Virus record (IMG/VR): IMGVR_UViG_3300033141_000963
Location: 1 to 56,703 of that record
DNA from: a virus
Taxonomy: Duplodnaviria > Caudoviricetes
Length of the DNA: 56,703 bases
Strand: one strand, 5' to 3'
Positions 21,201 through 32,800 of this stretch are shown here, one piece after another. Positions within the stretch are counted from its first letter, which is position 1; the number at the start of each line of letters is the position of its first letter. The position numbers and the translations under genes were made by a program. The notes beneath the pieces were generated by a model. That model had not been told where the DNA came from. It was given only the letters and a program-made list of their open reading frames with translations, and ran no database searches.

Positions 21201-24200
21201 GCGTTTCTTCTGGAAAATCATTTGAAGAATCGGGTCAGTTGGCTGGTGAAAAATTCACAGATCAAATTCAAGCAAGACTAAATGCTTCTCGAAGCGGTAT
21301 TGATCTAAAGGAGATTGGAATTGATGACCTTGAAGATTTACAAAATAAATTGCAAGAAAATCCTGCACTTTTGACTCAATTATCTGGTGCTCTTGGTGTT
21401 AATTCTCAGGAACTTTCAACACTTATTAATCAAACAGACGGATACATAAGTTCTGTAGAAGAGCAAATTACAGCACAGGTTGCAGCAGAACAAAAACAAA
21501 GGCTAGTAAATGATCTATTGCGTACTCAAGCTCAAGGTCTTGATGCGTTTGCCGCTGCACTAGAAGATTTAGACGCTCGCGTTGGAAATATCGTATCAGA
21601 CTTTACTACTACTGCATCAAATGTTCAGCAAGAAGTTTCAAGAATATTTAGTACTCAGCAAAAAGTAAGTGCTGTAGGAAGAGCTAATGTATTTGAAGGT
21701 GGAGGTAGGGGTCGTTCAAGAGAAGAATTGCAAGCTGGAGTTGACAGGGTTAGAAAATCAATTGCGGGCGATCCTTCTGATTTTGCAGACCTTCCAGATA
21801 CAATCGCTCTTGGAAACAGATTACCACAAGCCTTGAAAGATACAGTAGATCAAATTGATAGAGAGGGAGGCAAATTTACTTTTGAAGAAGTAAAAGATAA
21901 ATTGATTGATAATATCAATGCCGAAGGTGATATATTCTCTGGTCTTTCAGAGCCAGTTAAACAGCAATTGACAGCATCATTAGAAGGTGTATTTGTTGGT
22001 TTAAGACAAGGCGGTGGTGAATTAGGTATTGCTGATATCAAGAATACTTTGCAGGAATTTGGAGGAATCCAAGCTAAATTTACTGAATTAAGTCAGCGAT
22101 CAGCGAGCGTATTGGAAAACGTAACGAATAATTTAAATACATTCAATGCTGCGATACTTGAAAGTGCAAACCTAGTAGTAGAAGCATCAAGACAAAGAGT
22201 AGATGCAGAACTAAGTGTTCTTGAGCGTGGTTCTTCATTCGAGGATCAGTTTGATAGATTTAGAACTGGTAGTAGAGATTCTTTAACTAAAGCAAATTCT
22301 AGATTCGCTGCAAGACAAGCTACTTTACTCAATGCTGGCGGTGCTGGTACTGCAACTGTAGGTGGTGTAAATCTTGGAACAGTTGGTGGTGGCGATTTGC
22401 TTGATAGAAGAACCGGGCTTGAAGACATCAGAAAGGGGCTATTAGACAAGATAGGCGAGCTTACTGGTGTTGACACAACAAATACAAGAGATGTTGTTGC
22501 GGCTGCACAAGGATTTGATGGTGCTGACCAACTTATTACTGAGCTTGGCAATACGACTGCTGCTCTTGAAGGTACAAAACGTGCTATTGAAGAAGCTACA
22601 AGTGAAACCGCTAGGCTTTCTGCAATCGAAGATAGACTTGCTAGTATTAATGAAAGCAGACTAAGTGAAAGACAAAGATTGCAGTCTGGACTTAGCCAAC
22701 TTTCAAATGCAAAAACACCTGAAGAAAGAAATAAAATTCTCAATGAGATTCAAAGACCATTTATTGCTGCAAGCAAACTTGCTGCTGGTCAAGCACTTTC
22801 AGTACAAGAAGGTGCTGCACTTCAAAGTGACTTGCTTTCTGGAAATACTGGTATTGTAGCAAATGCATTTAGGCAACAAAATCCGGGTGCAACAGAAGAA
22901 GAGGTCGCTGACTTTATTGAAAACAGTCTTGCAAACTTCCAAATCGGTGGTCAGAATCTATTCAGAGGTCTTGGTCTTGGTGCAGATGCTACTGCTGCCG
23001 TATTCGGAGCACCAGATGGTCCGGGTGCGACAGCTAAAGGAAAAACAAAAGAAGAACAATCTTTACTTAGTGAAGCAGAGAAAATTCAGCAAGAACAGTT
23101 AAAACTAATTGAGGGTACTGTAAATCAGAATACAGATTTGCTTACTGCACAACAAGATATTTACAAACAAAAAATAATAGAAACAACCGATGCCTTATTC
23201 TCTTCGGCAAATGCGTTTGCAGCACTTAGAGACAAAGAACAAGAGCTTCTTGCACTATCACAGCAAAGACTTGAGCAAACAAAACAGGTTGCTCTTGAAG
23301 AAGCTAAAGTCGAAGAGGAAAAGAAACTTGATGAAGCAGAAAAGAGACTGGGAAAATCAAAAGCAGAAAAACAATCAAGGCTTGATAGCTTTGCTAAAGG
23401 TGAGGAAGCTGTAGGTAAAAATCTTGGAACTAAAGGATTATTAGCGAGTCTAAAGCAGGCTACCGGAAGCAGTGCTGCTGACGCTGCGGCTCAGGCTGAA
23501 AGGTCAATTAAAGGAAATAAGGGTGTCTCAAAAGAAGTAATAAGAGATGATGTCGCTCTACAATTGTCTGGTTTGGTAGAAACATTAGCTTTTGCCGGTC
23601 AGCCGAGAAGTGATGAATCAGAGGCTTTCCAGTTAGGTCTATTTGAAAAACTAGCAGCAGCTACCGCCGGTAAAGATATTGAATCTCCAGAGGTCGCAGC
23701 AGCGTTTAATAAAATTATCTCTGATGCACTTAGTAGTGAAAAGTCTGGTTTTACACAAAGAACAGATAAAATTATTGCTGAAGATGCCGCGATTGTTAAA
23801 AAATCACAAGAAGGTATAGCAGCTAAAAATAAAGAAATTAAAGCATCTCAAGAAGCACAAGCTGAACTCAAGAAGAAAGCACAAGAAGAAGCTGCTAGTA
23901 GAGAGGCAGCAAAGAAAGCAAGAGATGCTGCTAATAAACAAGCTGCTGGTGCTGCTCCGGGAACGCCAACAGTCGGAGATAGGATCAGTAGCAAATTCAC
24001 TGAGGATCAAAAGAAAATTCTTGCCGGAATGGACCCCCCTGCTGCGGATGCACTTGGATCATTAGATCCCGGCGATGGAGTGTCACAATCGGTCAAAGCA
24101 AACGCCCAAGCCAGAGCCAGAGAAGCAAAAGCCGCTGGTATTGATCCGGGAGCAGCAAAAGCCGCTGCTGGAAATCTTAAAGCACCATCTGGCAGATTTG

Positions 24201-25087
24201 CAGGTAGCGGAACAGACTTCGGTACTTTAGAAGAAATAAGAAAAGTAAAATCTTTTAATCAATTTAAAGAAGCTGTTGGTCCTCAAAACGCTCAACTTTT
24301 CCTTGATGAAAAGAAAGATCAAGCCGCAGATAGAGCAAGACAAAAGCAAATAGCAGCAGAAGCATCAGATCCAAGGAAGAGAGCCAGAAGATTGGCGGAT
24401 CTTGAAAAAGAACAAAAAGCACAAGCAAATAGGGAAGCACTTTTGGAAAAGAAAGGTGGTTTTGGGGAAGAAGATGCAGCTAGACTATCAGAACTAAAAC
24501 AAACTGTAGGTCCGCTTAGTGAGGATCAAAGCAGAGAGCTTGCAAGCCTAAAAGCAAGACAAGGACTTTCTACTAGAATTGGTACTGGAGAAAAAAGAAT
24601 ACAAGCACTTAGCCTTGGTGCTGCTACTGGTGCAACCCCTCAAGAGACACAAAATCTTCAACAAGCCGAAGCAGCAAAAGCAGAGCAAACTTCAGTTATC
24701 AATAACGCAAAAGCACAGCAACAAGTACAGCAACAGACAGCACAAGGTGTTCCAACTCAAGCACAAGGAAAAATTCCTAATCCAGCGGGGCAACCAGTAG
24801 ATGCAAAATCAGGAAGTGGTGGAGCACAAGCCGGTGGAGCACAAGCCTTGTCGGATGCAGTAAATACAATAACATCTTCGACGTTCGCGAAAGATTTGCT
24901 CAGTGCTGCTACTAAATTATCAGAACTAGAAACATTAAATATAAATTTTGAAGGATCAATTAAGCCTATCGAGGTTATATTAAATGGGGGAGCTTTATTG
25001 AGAGAAATGAAAGAGGGCATAAAACAGGAACTAATACCTCTTATTAGCGACCAAGTTACCAAAGAATTACAAAACTTGAATCTATAG
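15212..25087 (+). CDS. Tail tape measure protein, TP901-type N-terminal core (3291 aa)
   Basis: Ala/Gly/Lys-rich helical; TP901-like core (FERELAKITQV...TTRESADTIATGLRTIFTRI); GASHAQGGV..ELEGGE and GIGTGTSDSI motifs common in tape measures; canonical position. Confidence 0.9.
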   Translation: MAFNINAAVVLSGPKNIGKVSSSIKKQLSGINVPVNIKLDKNTARGIRSVNTQLQGLNTTLSTLQKNAATTASSFRSLANSTKSIQSGAKAVSSATSNVNKSLGQTAKAANVAGGALQNFGKDAALAARRFAAFSVATGVIFGFTRAVGTATKEAIQFERELAKITQVTGKAGKDLDGLRKTVDSLATGLGLGANELLGVGRTFAQTGQSLNQIEKSLKAVAKASLAPTFGDIQKTTEGAIAALSQFKLEADALEGVLGSLNQVSKRFAVESDDLISVIRRAGGVFAASSQQLGAPEERLRELIGIFTAVRSTTRESADTIATGLRTIFTRIQRPQTIEFLKQFGVQLRATKDDAKALGVAEGDFIGIFEALKRISKASKGLDTLQTARLVEELGGVRQVGKLIPALQNFEKAEKAVQVALKGRGSIAKDVGIATRTLSVQIEQLQQRFGKLIRDIADSSTFQNLARFAIQTANAFITLADALRPILPALTAIAAVKIGAGAIGFGRGFLGGLSKGGGATGVGSGLASVATGGGSAQQTATQKQAASAASKNTTALNSNTSALKTLNTSISNLQRSSQTLNTSAGKLTTQASTLNATLTRLPAQIAASTRGGGAIPIGGGRGRRRAAGGKIPKFKKGGFVEGASHAQGGVVAELEGGELVVPKEQAKRLAVGGLAKAASKRASSGRGLGKTEDLFKPSSAGGLGIELTAGFGKFLGKNLPGTGGKTNRFANLPPAEQKRLATEYRKSKRGQGTSGVAASNAGAKNVRLNLLPNKFAGLFLTGTESRGTGTGAGIAPSAKVQAALVAKAKKSGFPKAERVTLSGPVSQFVSDKNERRSGIDKETAEAAEEAFNSATKKALTSEKLDIGNGTPFKVSDTAIANAVKPLFQKDGLKTNSAQATIQGYLLEGIIGVMGKIQPQSSEANFDFRFDKGKNVSFEGLADFFGQQANLFRPLRAGDAKRQASAKSVTSIFNKSAKLLSSEPIGDSASFVAARNGKMIPGDGMTPVAVSNGEGVIAPNVAKGNLADLEKARKGDAEAISRVANLPISKIKGIGTGTSDSIKGELPANSFVLPARSMKKMREQKLNVGGVVRGVGSAVKKDPTTALFLGLEASLLATSKSSEEFKSNLVNAGLTLAFFGPQLKEFAANIKNASNELSKSAGAQASAPTKKARKVTANLDDIRRGNAIVKAGSVNPRLNAATNTQLSSSSKALANVANDKTAKSNALAAKANKATANAITEVEKTKKLTSQRNASLKKLQGSEKKLSSLKETQARQIKIVQQAEAKVATLEAKKANLIQTQNKIIADQSAKTARLNQIVGDKDPRALQNQKDLKFAKEQLKEAQGVNARGGTKGGQKFAQGQIKTLQANVTNLERQGAAIQKSLANEANVLARQTGGGAQKGLANIGSKISSLDKDIKGLNAGARALKGSVLDLDTQIAKQGKIVADNTKAAKTSQAALKRQTQVAQKAVANQRTARTAATAARGVAQAARGRLADFNTLAKAEQGRRALSSGTRAARIAGKDGLSRAARFERARSIREARFARVNPGAKNPFAKGRFGFKGFQLGNFGIAGRAGGTGLAGLGAKAGTVAKAGLGGPGGIAALLASLFGDAVVNTGTEAIVGKQKTVAGAKGFSQEQGGRRTAQITGGLKGGISGAALGASIGLSTGPLAPILAPVFAAVGALVGTVDGVLSGLKGQLEFETLEKAENAGLKLGTALDTLSEKGFKNVEALDAVTDASNGLVSQVVATSSRLNALTFSGRQEGLAVAGGTNIAGGAVQAFANFSDNLSVGFNLLGKVISQETGTGIEGFSNSIGGLIDQALLADQTLSESSNGLVSFFGSIRKGTAELLGFDVEGRANAARQKVVGAGQLINAENFQRSLIAIPQEALEKASITFQGLGPAIANSISIDDVAEIAGQGSGSFDDLLESLKAAGDGSEEFKAQLAALKGLAGVEALKQAKDLSGVFSEIAAAGKDSGREGLLKTLFAIGENSAQAFAQGVSSGKSFEESGQLAGEKFTDQIQARLNASRSGIDLKEIGIDDLEDLQNKLQENPALLTQLSGALGVNSQELSTLINQTDGYISSVEEQITAQVAAEQKQRLVNDLLRTQAQGLDAFAAALEDLDARVGNIVSDFTTTASNVQQEVSRIFSTQQKVSAVGRANVFEGGGRGRSREELQAGVDRVRKSIAGDPSDFADLPDTIALGNRLPQALKDTVDQIDREGGKFTFEEVKDKLIDNINAEGDIFSGLSEPVKQQLTASLEGVFVGLRQGGGELGIADIKNTLQEFGGIQAKFTELSQRSASVLENVTNNLNTFNAAILESANLVVEASRQRVDAELSVLERGSSFEDQFDRFRTGSRDSLTKANSRFAARQATLLNAGGAGTATVGGVNLGTVGGGDLLDRRTGLEDIRKGLLDKIGELTGVDTTNTRDVVAAAQGFDGADQLITELGNTTAALEGTKRAIEEATSETARLSAIEDRLASINESRLSERQRLQSGLSQLSNAKTPEERNKILNEIQRPFIAASKLAAGQALSVQEGAALQSDLLSGNTGIVANAFRQQNPGATEEEVADFIENSLANFQIGGQNLFRGLGLGADATAAVFGAPDGPGATAKGKTKEEQSLLSEAEKIQQEQLKLIEGTVNQNTDLLTAQQDIYKQKIIETTDALFSSANAFAALRDKEQELLALSQQRLEQTKQVALEEAKVEEEKKLDEAEKRLGKSKAEKQSRLDSFAKGEEAVGKNLGTKGLLASLKQATGSSAADAAAQAERSIKGNKGVSKEVIRDDVALQLSGLVETLAFAGQPRSDESEAFQLGLFEKLAAATAGKDIESPEVAAAFNKIISDALSSEKSGFTQRTDKIIAEDAAIVKKSQEGIAAKNKEIKASQEAQAELKKKAQEEAASREAAKKARDAANKQAAGAAPGTPTVGDRISSKFTEDQKKILAGMDPPAADALGSLDPGDGVSQSVKANAQARAREAKAAGIDPGAAKAAAGNLKAPSGRFAGSGTDFGTLEEIRKVKSFNQFKEAVGPQNAQLFLDEKKDQAADRARQKQIAAEASDPRKRARRLADLEKEQKAQANREALLEKKGGFGEEDAARLSELKQTVGPLSEDQSRELASLKARQGLSTRIGTGEKRIQALSLGAATGATPQETQNLQQAEAAKAEQTSVINNAKAQQQVQQQTAQGVPTQAQGKIPNPAGQPVDAKSGSGGAQAGGAQALSDAVNTITSSTFAKDLLSAATKLSELETLNINFEGSIKPIEVILNGGALLREMKEGIKQELIPLISDQVTKELQNLNL

Positions 25088-25099
25088 GGAATAGAAAAG

Positions 25100-26794
25100 A
25101 TGTCAGCACATACATGCACAACTTTTACATACGGTGAATATGAGTTAAAACCAGCACCGCTATTCAACGCTTCAACTACCTTATTAAAAACACCTGATGG
25201 TAGTGGGTATGGTGTTATCTATAATATTGATTTCAATGGGACTATTCTATTAACCGGAGTAGAGGAAAGAGAATCAGGTATTAAGGGCGTATTCACAGAA
25301 ATAGAGGCTTTCCAAAAGGCTTTCAATAGAGAAGGCAGGCTACTACTAGTTCGTCACTCTGGGGCTGGCGATACCGACTATACTGCTATTTTCAGTGGCT
25401 ATCCTAGAATTGACAGTTATAGTATTAATCAAAGAGGTGGTGATAATTTTGTTTTTGCTGCTGATTACGATTTTTCTCTTAACTTAACTACTTGGCGAGG
25501 TGGGTTTGGGGACGATTATGTTGACCCCTTTAATAATAACACAGGTACGGAACGAGAATTTCCGCAATACCCTCCATATATCGAGTCTATGAATGAGTCA
25601 TGGGATATCGAAATGGATCAAGATAGAGTTCCAAGTGTATGGAGACATGTTGATGAGTTTGGCAATGAAAGCGGTGCTGAAGTTCAGCCATTTTATGCAA
25701 CTGTAAATCACACAGTTGACGTTCAAGCAAGGCTAATATTTACTGGATGGGACTCAAGCAACGACGAAACAGTTCATACAGATCCGTGGGATGATGCAAA
25801 ATCTTGGGTTAGTGGATATCTATATTCAAACGATGGTCTAGCTACTAGAGCTTACGATCAGAAAAAATATGGTTTTGTTACGGGTTTATTGCAGCTAAAC
25901 AAGGTGTATAACCTAAGTGGTCAAGGTTATAAAAACATGATTAGAAACCACTACAGAAGTGTATCATCAAATATAACAGAAGGTACAATTCAGGTTAAAG
26001 AAACATATTTAATAGCACCCCAGCCATCTTCAGGCGATCTACAAAGTAATGACGCAAGAGAAGATTGGACTGCTACAATGAACTTTTCAAATGGACTTTA
26101 TACTTTTAATGTTAATGGTGAGATAAAAGGTCTTGAGACAAATAATTATGCAAATCTTGAAAAACCGGGATTTCAATGGTCAATTGCCGATTCACGTTTT
26201 GCAAGGGCAGAAGAGTATTGGAATCTAGTAGAACCAAGACTAAGAACTAGGGCGATGGTTGCAAGGGAGAAGATAAATAGCGGTGAAGGTGCTTGTGCTT
26301 TTAATGTTCCTAAAATTCCATCGACCCCAACGCAACAAACTGTTGGATTTAATCCAGCAGCGGGTACTATATCATACGACTATTCATATGAACTTTTCCC
26401 AAAAACCTTAGATTGCGGTGACGATTTTTGTATATTATCACAACAGATAAGGGTTGATGATACAAATGCCAACGATGTTTTTGCTTCTCATGTTATACTT
26501 GGAAGGAGACAAGGGCCAATATTACAAGATCTTGGAACAGTAACAGCAAAACAGAGGTCAGTTAGTGTAGAAATACGTGTACCGCCACCAACTTCGATTG
26601 CTACTACTGGATATATGTATCAAACTTTTCCCACTGGTTGTGTAAACGATCTTGTTGCACAACTAACAGGAAATCTTTCCCCAGCACCAGACCAAGTATT
26701 TGTTACACAAAACACTGAGTCATTAGGAATTACAGATGGAACTTACACGAAACAGGTTGCGGTCATATATACACAGTGTGCTCCACCAGCATAG
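25100..26794 (+). CDS. Putative distal tail/baseplate protein (564 aa)
   Basis: Beta-rich, immediately downstream of tape measure; repeated GTI.Y.Y-type strands. Confidence 0.5.
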   Translation: MSAHTCTTFTYGEYELKPAPLFNASTTLLKTPDGSGYGVIYNIDFNGTILLTGVEERESGIKGVFTEIEAFQKAFNREGRLLLVRHSGAGDTDYTAIFSGYPRIDSYSINQRGGDNFVFAADYDFSLNLTTWRGGFGDDYVDPFNNNTGTEREFPQYPPYIESMNESWDIEMDQDRVPSVWRHVDEFGNESGAEVQPFYATVNHTVDVQARLIFTGWDSSNDETVHTDPWDDAKSWVSGYLYSNDGLATRAYDQKKYGFVTGLLQLNKVYNLSGQGYKNMIRNHYRSVSSNITEGTIQVKETYLIAPQPSSGDLQSNDAREDWTATMNFSNGLYTFNVNGEIKGLETNNYANLEKPGFQWSIADSRFARAEEYWNLVEPRLRTRAMVAREKINSGEGACAFNVPKIPSTPTQQTVGFNPAAGTISYDYSYELFPKTLDCGDDFCILSQQIRVDDTNANDVFASHVILGRRQGPILQDLGTVTAKQRSVSVEIRVPPPTSIATTGYMYQTFPTGCVNDLVAQLTGNLSPAPDQVFVTQNTESLGITDGTYTKQVAVIYTQCAPPA

Positions 26795-26824
26795 TAATAT
26801 TAAAAATAAGGAACAATAAATACA

Positions 26825-29800
26825 ATGGCAATTAATAATTGTACTCCTCCGAGAATATTTGGACCACCTGCACAAACATTATTTTTAGGTGCAAGCGTAA
26901 AAGATTTTACTCTAACTGCTGGGTGGAACGAGCAGGCTTCAAATCTTACAGTAACTCTTGTTGAAGATACTAGATGTGCAGGAAATAAAGTTTACTGGGA
27001 TGAGAATCTAAATAGACAGTCTGGGGTTATGGTAGATCCGGGTTTTGTTGAACCAGAACCGGGAAGTGCAGTTTATTTCAGAATGGAAGAAGATCCAAGA
27101 GCGGAAGATGCTTCTGATAGGAAAGGTATAGAATATGCTGGTCTTGTTCAAAGTTGGACTAAGGCATATAATAATCAAGGAAATCCAGTATATACTGTCC
27201 AAATTACAGACCCTAGAATCGTATTACAAAATACTCAGGTCGTTGTAAATAATTATGCTGGTGCTACTGCTGGAGTGCCAAACTTATTAAATGCATATGC
27301 TTTCACAGAAGGACAAGTACGAGGTTCAGATATATGTGGTTCTAGTCCAGTTGGAAGGTTTGGTGGTGTTACATTTGATGGTACTCCGGGTTTTCCTGCA
27401 AATGCTAGAGGTATGGCTTGGAATGATATCAAATGTGCCATTCATACACTTACATCATGTCCAAATGCAGCTATAGCTCAGGGGTTTTACGGAAGTTATC
27501 TAAATGGCTCAAGGATAAGGTATATTGAAGGTGCTGATCTTAGTTACGGTACTATTCGTACTAATGATGGATACATGGTTGACTTATCAGATGTGCCATT
27601 TGCACCAACAGACTATAGAATATCCGGCCCCACATTATCTGTTATGGAGCTTGTCACTCAGGTATGTCAAGATGCAGGTTGTGATTTTTATGTAGAATAT
27701 CAGCCAACCAAAAATGGCTCTACTATCTATAATATTATTAAAATTCGCACAGCACAGCGTCAAAACCAACCAGCTATGGGTGCATTGCAAACCTTTATAG
27801 ATCAACAAAGCGGTCTTGCTGAAGAAGCCCAAGGTGGCATTATATCTTGGACTGAGGGTGAAGAAGTAAGAAATGAAGATACTTCTATTTATTTAATTGG
27901 TGGAGAACAAAGATTTGATCTAGAGATCACTAATTTGGGTATGCTCCCATATTGGGGTCTTGACAATGACGGAGCACTAATACAAGCACAGGTTGCCGCT
28001 GGTGAGTATCAAGTAAGGCTAGATGTAAGGAGACTTAACGGATCTCTATACACCTCGTTTGCTACTTCATTTATTTGGGTGTCTGAATCGGAATTGCGTG
28101 CTGCTTTAGGAGATTTTGACGCTTGGAAACACGTAACTCTGGCTAAAGGTCTTGGCGTTGCAACTCATTTTGCAAGTATAAAACAGCAAAAGTTTTTAAG
28201 TGCTGAGAAGATACAGCAGGCAGCAGATGGTGAAATACCTGCTCATGGTTTGGTTATTCCATCAATTGATGCTACATCTAATGATAATGATCCTAACAAT
28301 TCTTCTGCTAAAGATGTAACAAAAATATATGATTTTATTAAGTCGTTTGCTGATGAATTTTATGGAAAACAATTTATAGCTGCTACGGATTTTATATGCT
28401 ACGTTCCAGATACCGATGCGAACAAATTCAAGTATTCTCATGAGCCATCTACAGAAGGCTGCTGGATTGATGGCGGTACAGTAATTGGTCTTGATGTAAC
28501 AAGCTCTGCCGCTGACTTTTTTACCAGTAATGATGGAAGATTCCAACCAATAATTAGATATCCATACTCTGCTGGCTTTACATATGCTGGTGCAGGAGGT
28601 AGTCTTGTTGCCGACCCATCTAATCTTGGTGATAATAATTATATTACTAATGGTACTTACATTTGGCAAAAGGCCGATATTGACACAAGAATAATTTTTG
28701 GAAACCCTCAAGCTCCCGGAAATGGTGTTCCCGGAATGTTGTTAAAGGTCGGTGCTCCTGTTTACAATACAACAAGTAGAGATACTGGCGGAACAGACGG
28801 TGTGGATCAAAACCAAGCCGGTGCTGACTTCCTAGCAGAAGAGACTGGTGGTGCTGGATTAACTGTTCCTAGTTGGAGAGATAGATCCGCATTTTCTCTT
28901 TCAATGGTTGGCAATGCAATATCTCCTGATGCAGCTATGGTTCCTATTTGGAGTCATGTAGATGTATATGGTCCTTGGGGTGTTGCTGGACCACCGGGAC
29001 AAACTAGGGTTGTAAATGACGACAGCTTTGTTCCTTGGGAATTTGGTAGTGCATCATTGATGGCTGCTGCTGCTATAGATAAAGTTAGTAATGCAACGAC
29101 TAGTATGTTAAAGGGTGAGCGTGGAACAGTTCAAATCGCTGGGTTCTTAGGTAGACCTCTTGGTTCTGAGCTTTTAGCTGCTCCGGGAAATAATGATTAT
29201 ATTGAAAGTAGAACGCCATCCTTCACTCAATGTGCTGATGCTGTAGCTTACACATACCTATCAAAACCGGGATGGCAGGGGTCAAATGGACCAAACATAA
29301 CAAATATTAATGTCGGTGTTGGTGCTAACGGTTTTACAACAGAATATCAATTCAGTACATATACTCCAAGATTCGGAAGATTTGATAAAGATAATGCTGA
29401 CAGACTAAAGCAAATAGGTCAACAAAGATTAGCTCAGGCAAGAAACGCTAGAGCGAAACAAGCACTAGCACAACAAATTACTGCCGCTGTTTCAAACATA
29501 AGACAAAGAATCAATGACCAATTAGGTAAAAGTGCAAGAGCACCAAAATCTGCAAGTCATATGTTTATCGGTGGATTTGCTGGGGAAAGAAATGAATCAT
29601 TTACTTTGAACGCAAAAGAGGCTTCACTTACTTTCCCAAATGATGCTAAGTATGCCGAATCCGCCATGATGAGTATAGACGGTTTGATTCGTCCTGTATC
29701 AAAGGCTGGTGATGGATCTTTACCTCGTTTTATTAATTATACTGAATCTACATGCTCTGGTAATGTAAATCAATCAATTGCTCCAGACGGTCCAAAATAT

Positions 29801-32800
29801 ACATACTCTGGAATAAAAGTAAGTCAAGACTTCTTAGACCCACTTTCTAATCCCGGAGAGGGAGTTTCAGTAAGAGATACCGCTGCGTCTGGACATGACA
29901 TTGAAATTCTAGGCAGGAATACATCAGCACCTCCTTCTGGATGGGCAATCGCTGAAGGTGAAGAAGAGGGTTCAACTGGATATGCAGATGATTATAGATT
30001 CTTTGCAATGAGAGGTCCGCTTGTACTCCAAGGTTGGGGTTATGATACAGCAGGAAAACCAGTTCCAAATGCTTCTGATAGTGATGCAAATGCTGAAGCT
30101 GGTACATTTACAACTTCAAGTCTACAAGATGAATTTCTAGCTGGCTTTTTAAAGAAACCAAAAACTTGGCCTGTAGCACCAGTTGATTTGCGTCTTGATA
30201 GAAAACGTGGTGTATGGACTGTTCCACCTCCTCCAAGAAACCTCCATGTCAATGCAACAGGTAGTTGCTTGTCTGAAGATACTATCGCTTCTGTAACCAA
30301 TGCTCAGACTACATATGACGATACTGGCGGCACTGTAGACAATGATATTAAGATAACAGCAAGTCCTTGGGATGTTGAGCTACCAAAAGCAGTTGGTAAA
30401 ATTCCAGTTTATTATGATACAAGTGATTGTAAATACTATCCTTTTCCAGTTAATAGACTAGATATAACTTCTAGTGGCGTAGGTGGCACAGGAACCGCTG
30501 GATACTTTGATAGATTTTCAGATGTTAAGCATATTGTTTTTGCCAGCGGCTTCTCAGGTATTAGCCTGACTAGCGGTTGTGATAATACTGTATATATTCA
30601 TGCGATACAGCAAACTGGGGATACCGTAGAGAATCTTGCTCAATACAAGCAAAACACTAGTCCTTTCTGGCCCGATTCTATAAGTTCCTCCTGTTCAGGT
30701 AACTTGCCAACTACAGTAGACAGTTGTAGTGGTACTGATTGTCTTACAATTGGCAAAGGGCTAACATTATCTGTTGATGGAACCGGTCTTTTACTTGACT
30801 CTTGGCAGTTTATCGAGGATATAGGTTATACATGTAGTGCCGGATCATTTACATCTGGTTCGTTAGGATGTAATCCTTATAATTCATTACAAATTGGGTC
30901 TGGCTTGGTAGTATCAGAAGAGACTGCCGATTCCGTATATACCATTAATAGCCTGATAGACGTTTATGGTCGCACCGTCACAACTTGCGTTAATCCTACT
31001 GGTCCAACTGCCAGAGTTGCAAATGCAGCAGAACACGGGTTAGATTTTGTTGGCTGGTTATCTACTTCAGTTGATTCCTCCACCTGTAGAGTTCGAGTAA
31101 GTGGTGTTGAGCCTACGATACGTGTCTTAAATACACCTACTTGTCCTGCCTCCGAATCGCCAACCGATCTTGGACTAGCAAATTCAATAGTCTTTACAAC
31201 CGGACTGAAAGCCACGATTGATGGTTGTCGTGCAACAGTAACATCTACATTTGGTGTTGAAGGTTTTGATAATAATTGCGACCAAAATGTAAGTACATAC
31301 ACACCGATAACAGGCATCAGTTTTAGCACTGGTTTGAATGTTTGGGACGATGGTTGCGGTAGGGTTAAAGTTGCCTCAACATTGTTTATCTCTGGAAAGC
31401 CAGTATGCAATGAGCTTAGTCCGGGCGTAGGTAGAAATCCATATTATTATAGTAATACTCCTACTGGTCTTGTATTTGGCAAGGGTATAAAAATTGTTGA
31501 AGCTGACTCACCAGTATTCTGTCAGCCGAATATATCTGTTAGTTTACACGTTAGCGGTACTAACTCATATACAAATTTAAAAGAAAAAATAAGCGATTGG
31601 GATGCTCTTATTTTTACAGGTAATTTAAGTGTTGACTCAACTGATGCTTGTACTGTAACAATTAGTGGCGATAATCGGATATCATTCTCTGGTGAAGAAA
31701 ACTGTGGTCAAAGCAAAGTGGCTGATTTTCTCCAAAGAAGATTAATTGCTAGTACAGGCTTGATGATAGAACAACAGGCCGAAGGTGCTGTTATTAGCTC
31801 TAATTTTATCGCCAATGGTTATTCTGACGCATGTATCCAAACTCCATCTGAGGAAATCACAGATGTGCGAATAAGAGAGCTTAGTTTTGGAACTGGTCTT
31901 ATATTCACAACCGGATTATGTAGTGCAACAATTGATTCTCCTTACTTTATCAAAACTACTGGCGATTGTCGGGGAACAAGCTATGAAAGAACCACAACAG
32001 GACTTCGCATCGGTGCAGGTCTAAGGGTAGATGGTATTGGTTGTAATCCTTTGATATCAGCAAATCTGTTTGCTAGTGGTGCGGCTGGTGCGGGTGGTGC
32101 TATACAGAAGATACAGGGGTGGAATAATATCCAAGTCACTGGTGATATTTATGTAGAACAAATAGATGATTGCACTATCCAAATAAGTGGTGCTGCTGGT
32201 GGTGGTGAAGTTGCTGTGACTGGAAGCACTAATGCATGTGTTTGGAGTGCAGATACAACAAATAATTCTATAGAAGGCATTATATTCGGAACCGGACTGT
32301 CAACTACAGTCAGTGGTAATAGTATTCACGTTAATTCACGATTCGGAGTTACTGGAACTCCAGATGGTTGCAGAGGAGAATACTATTCCGACAGAAATAT
32401 AACAGGAATTGAAGTAGGTAGGGGTCTTGCATTATCATCTAACGCCTCATGTAGACCAATATTGAGATCAAATATCTATGCCAGTGGTGCTTCTTCGGCT
32501 GGCGGAGCCGTTGATGTTAAAACAGCAGCATGGGACGCTATTCAGTTTACTGGAAATTTAACAACAACATATAGTGCAAGCGATTGTAAGATAGTTGTAA
32601 GCGGCGTTAATACTTCTAGCATTGCTGTAACCGGCAGCGACGATCCATGCACTGTAAACCAAAATACAAAAAACAATGATATAGCTGGTTTCTTATTCGG
32701 AACTGGCCTTAAAGTCACCGATGATGGTGGTTTGATTAATGTTAATTCTCGATTCTTGGTAGGCGGTGTTAAAGATGGATGTAGAGGAACTGAGGTCAAC

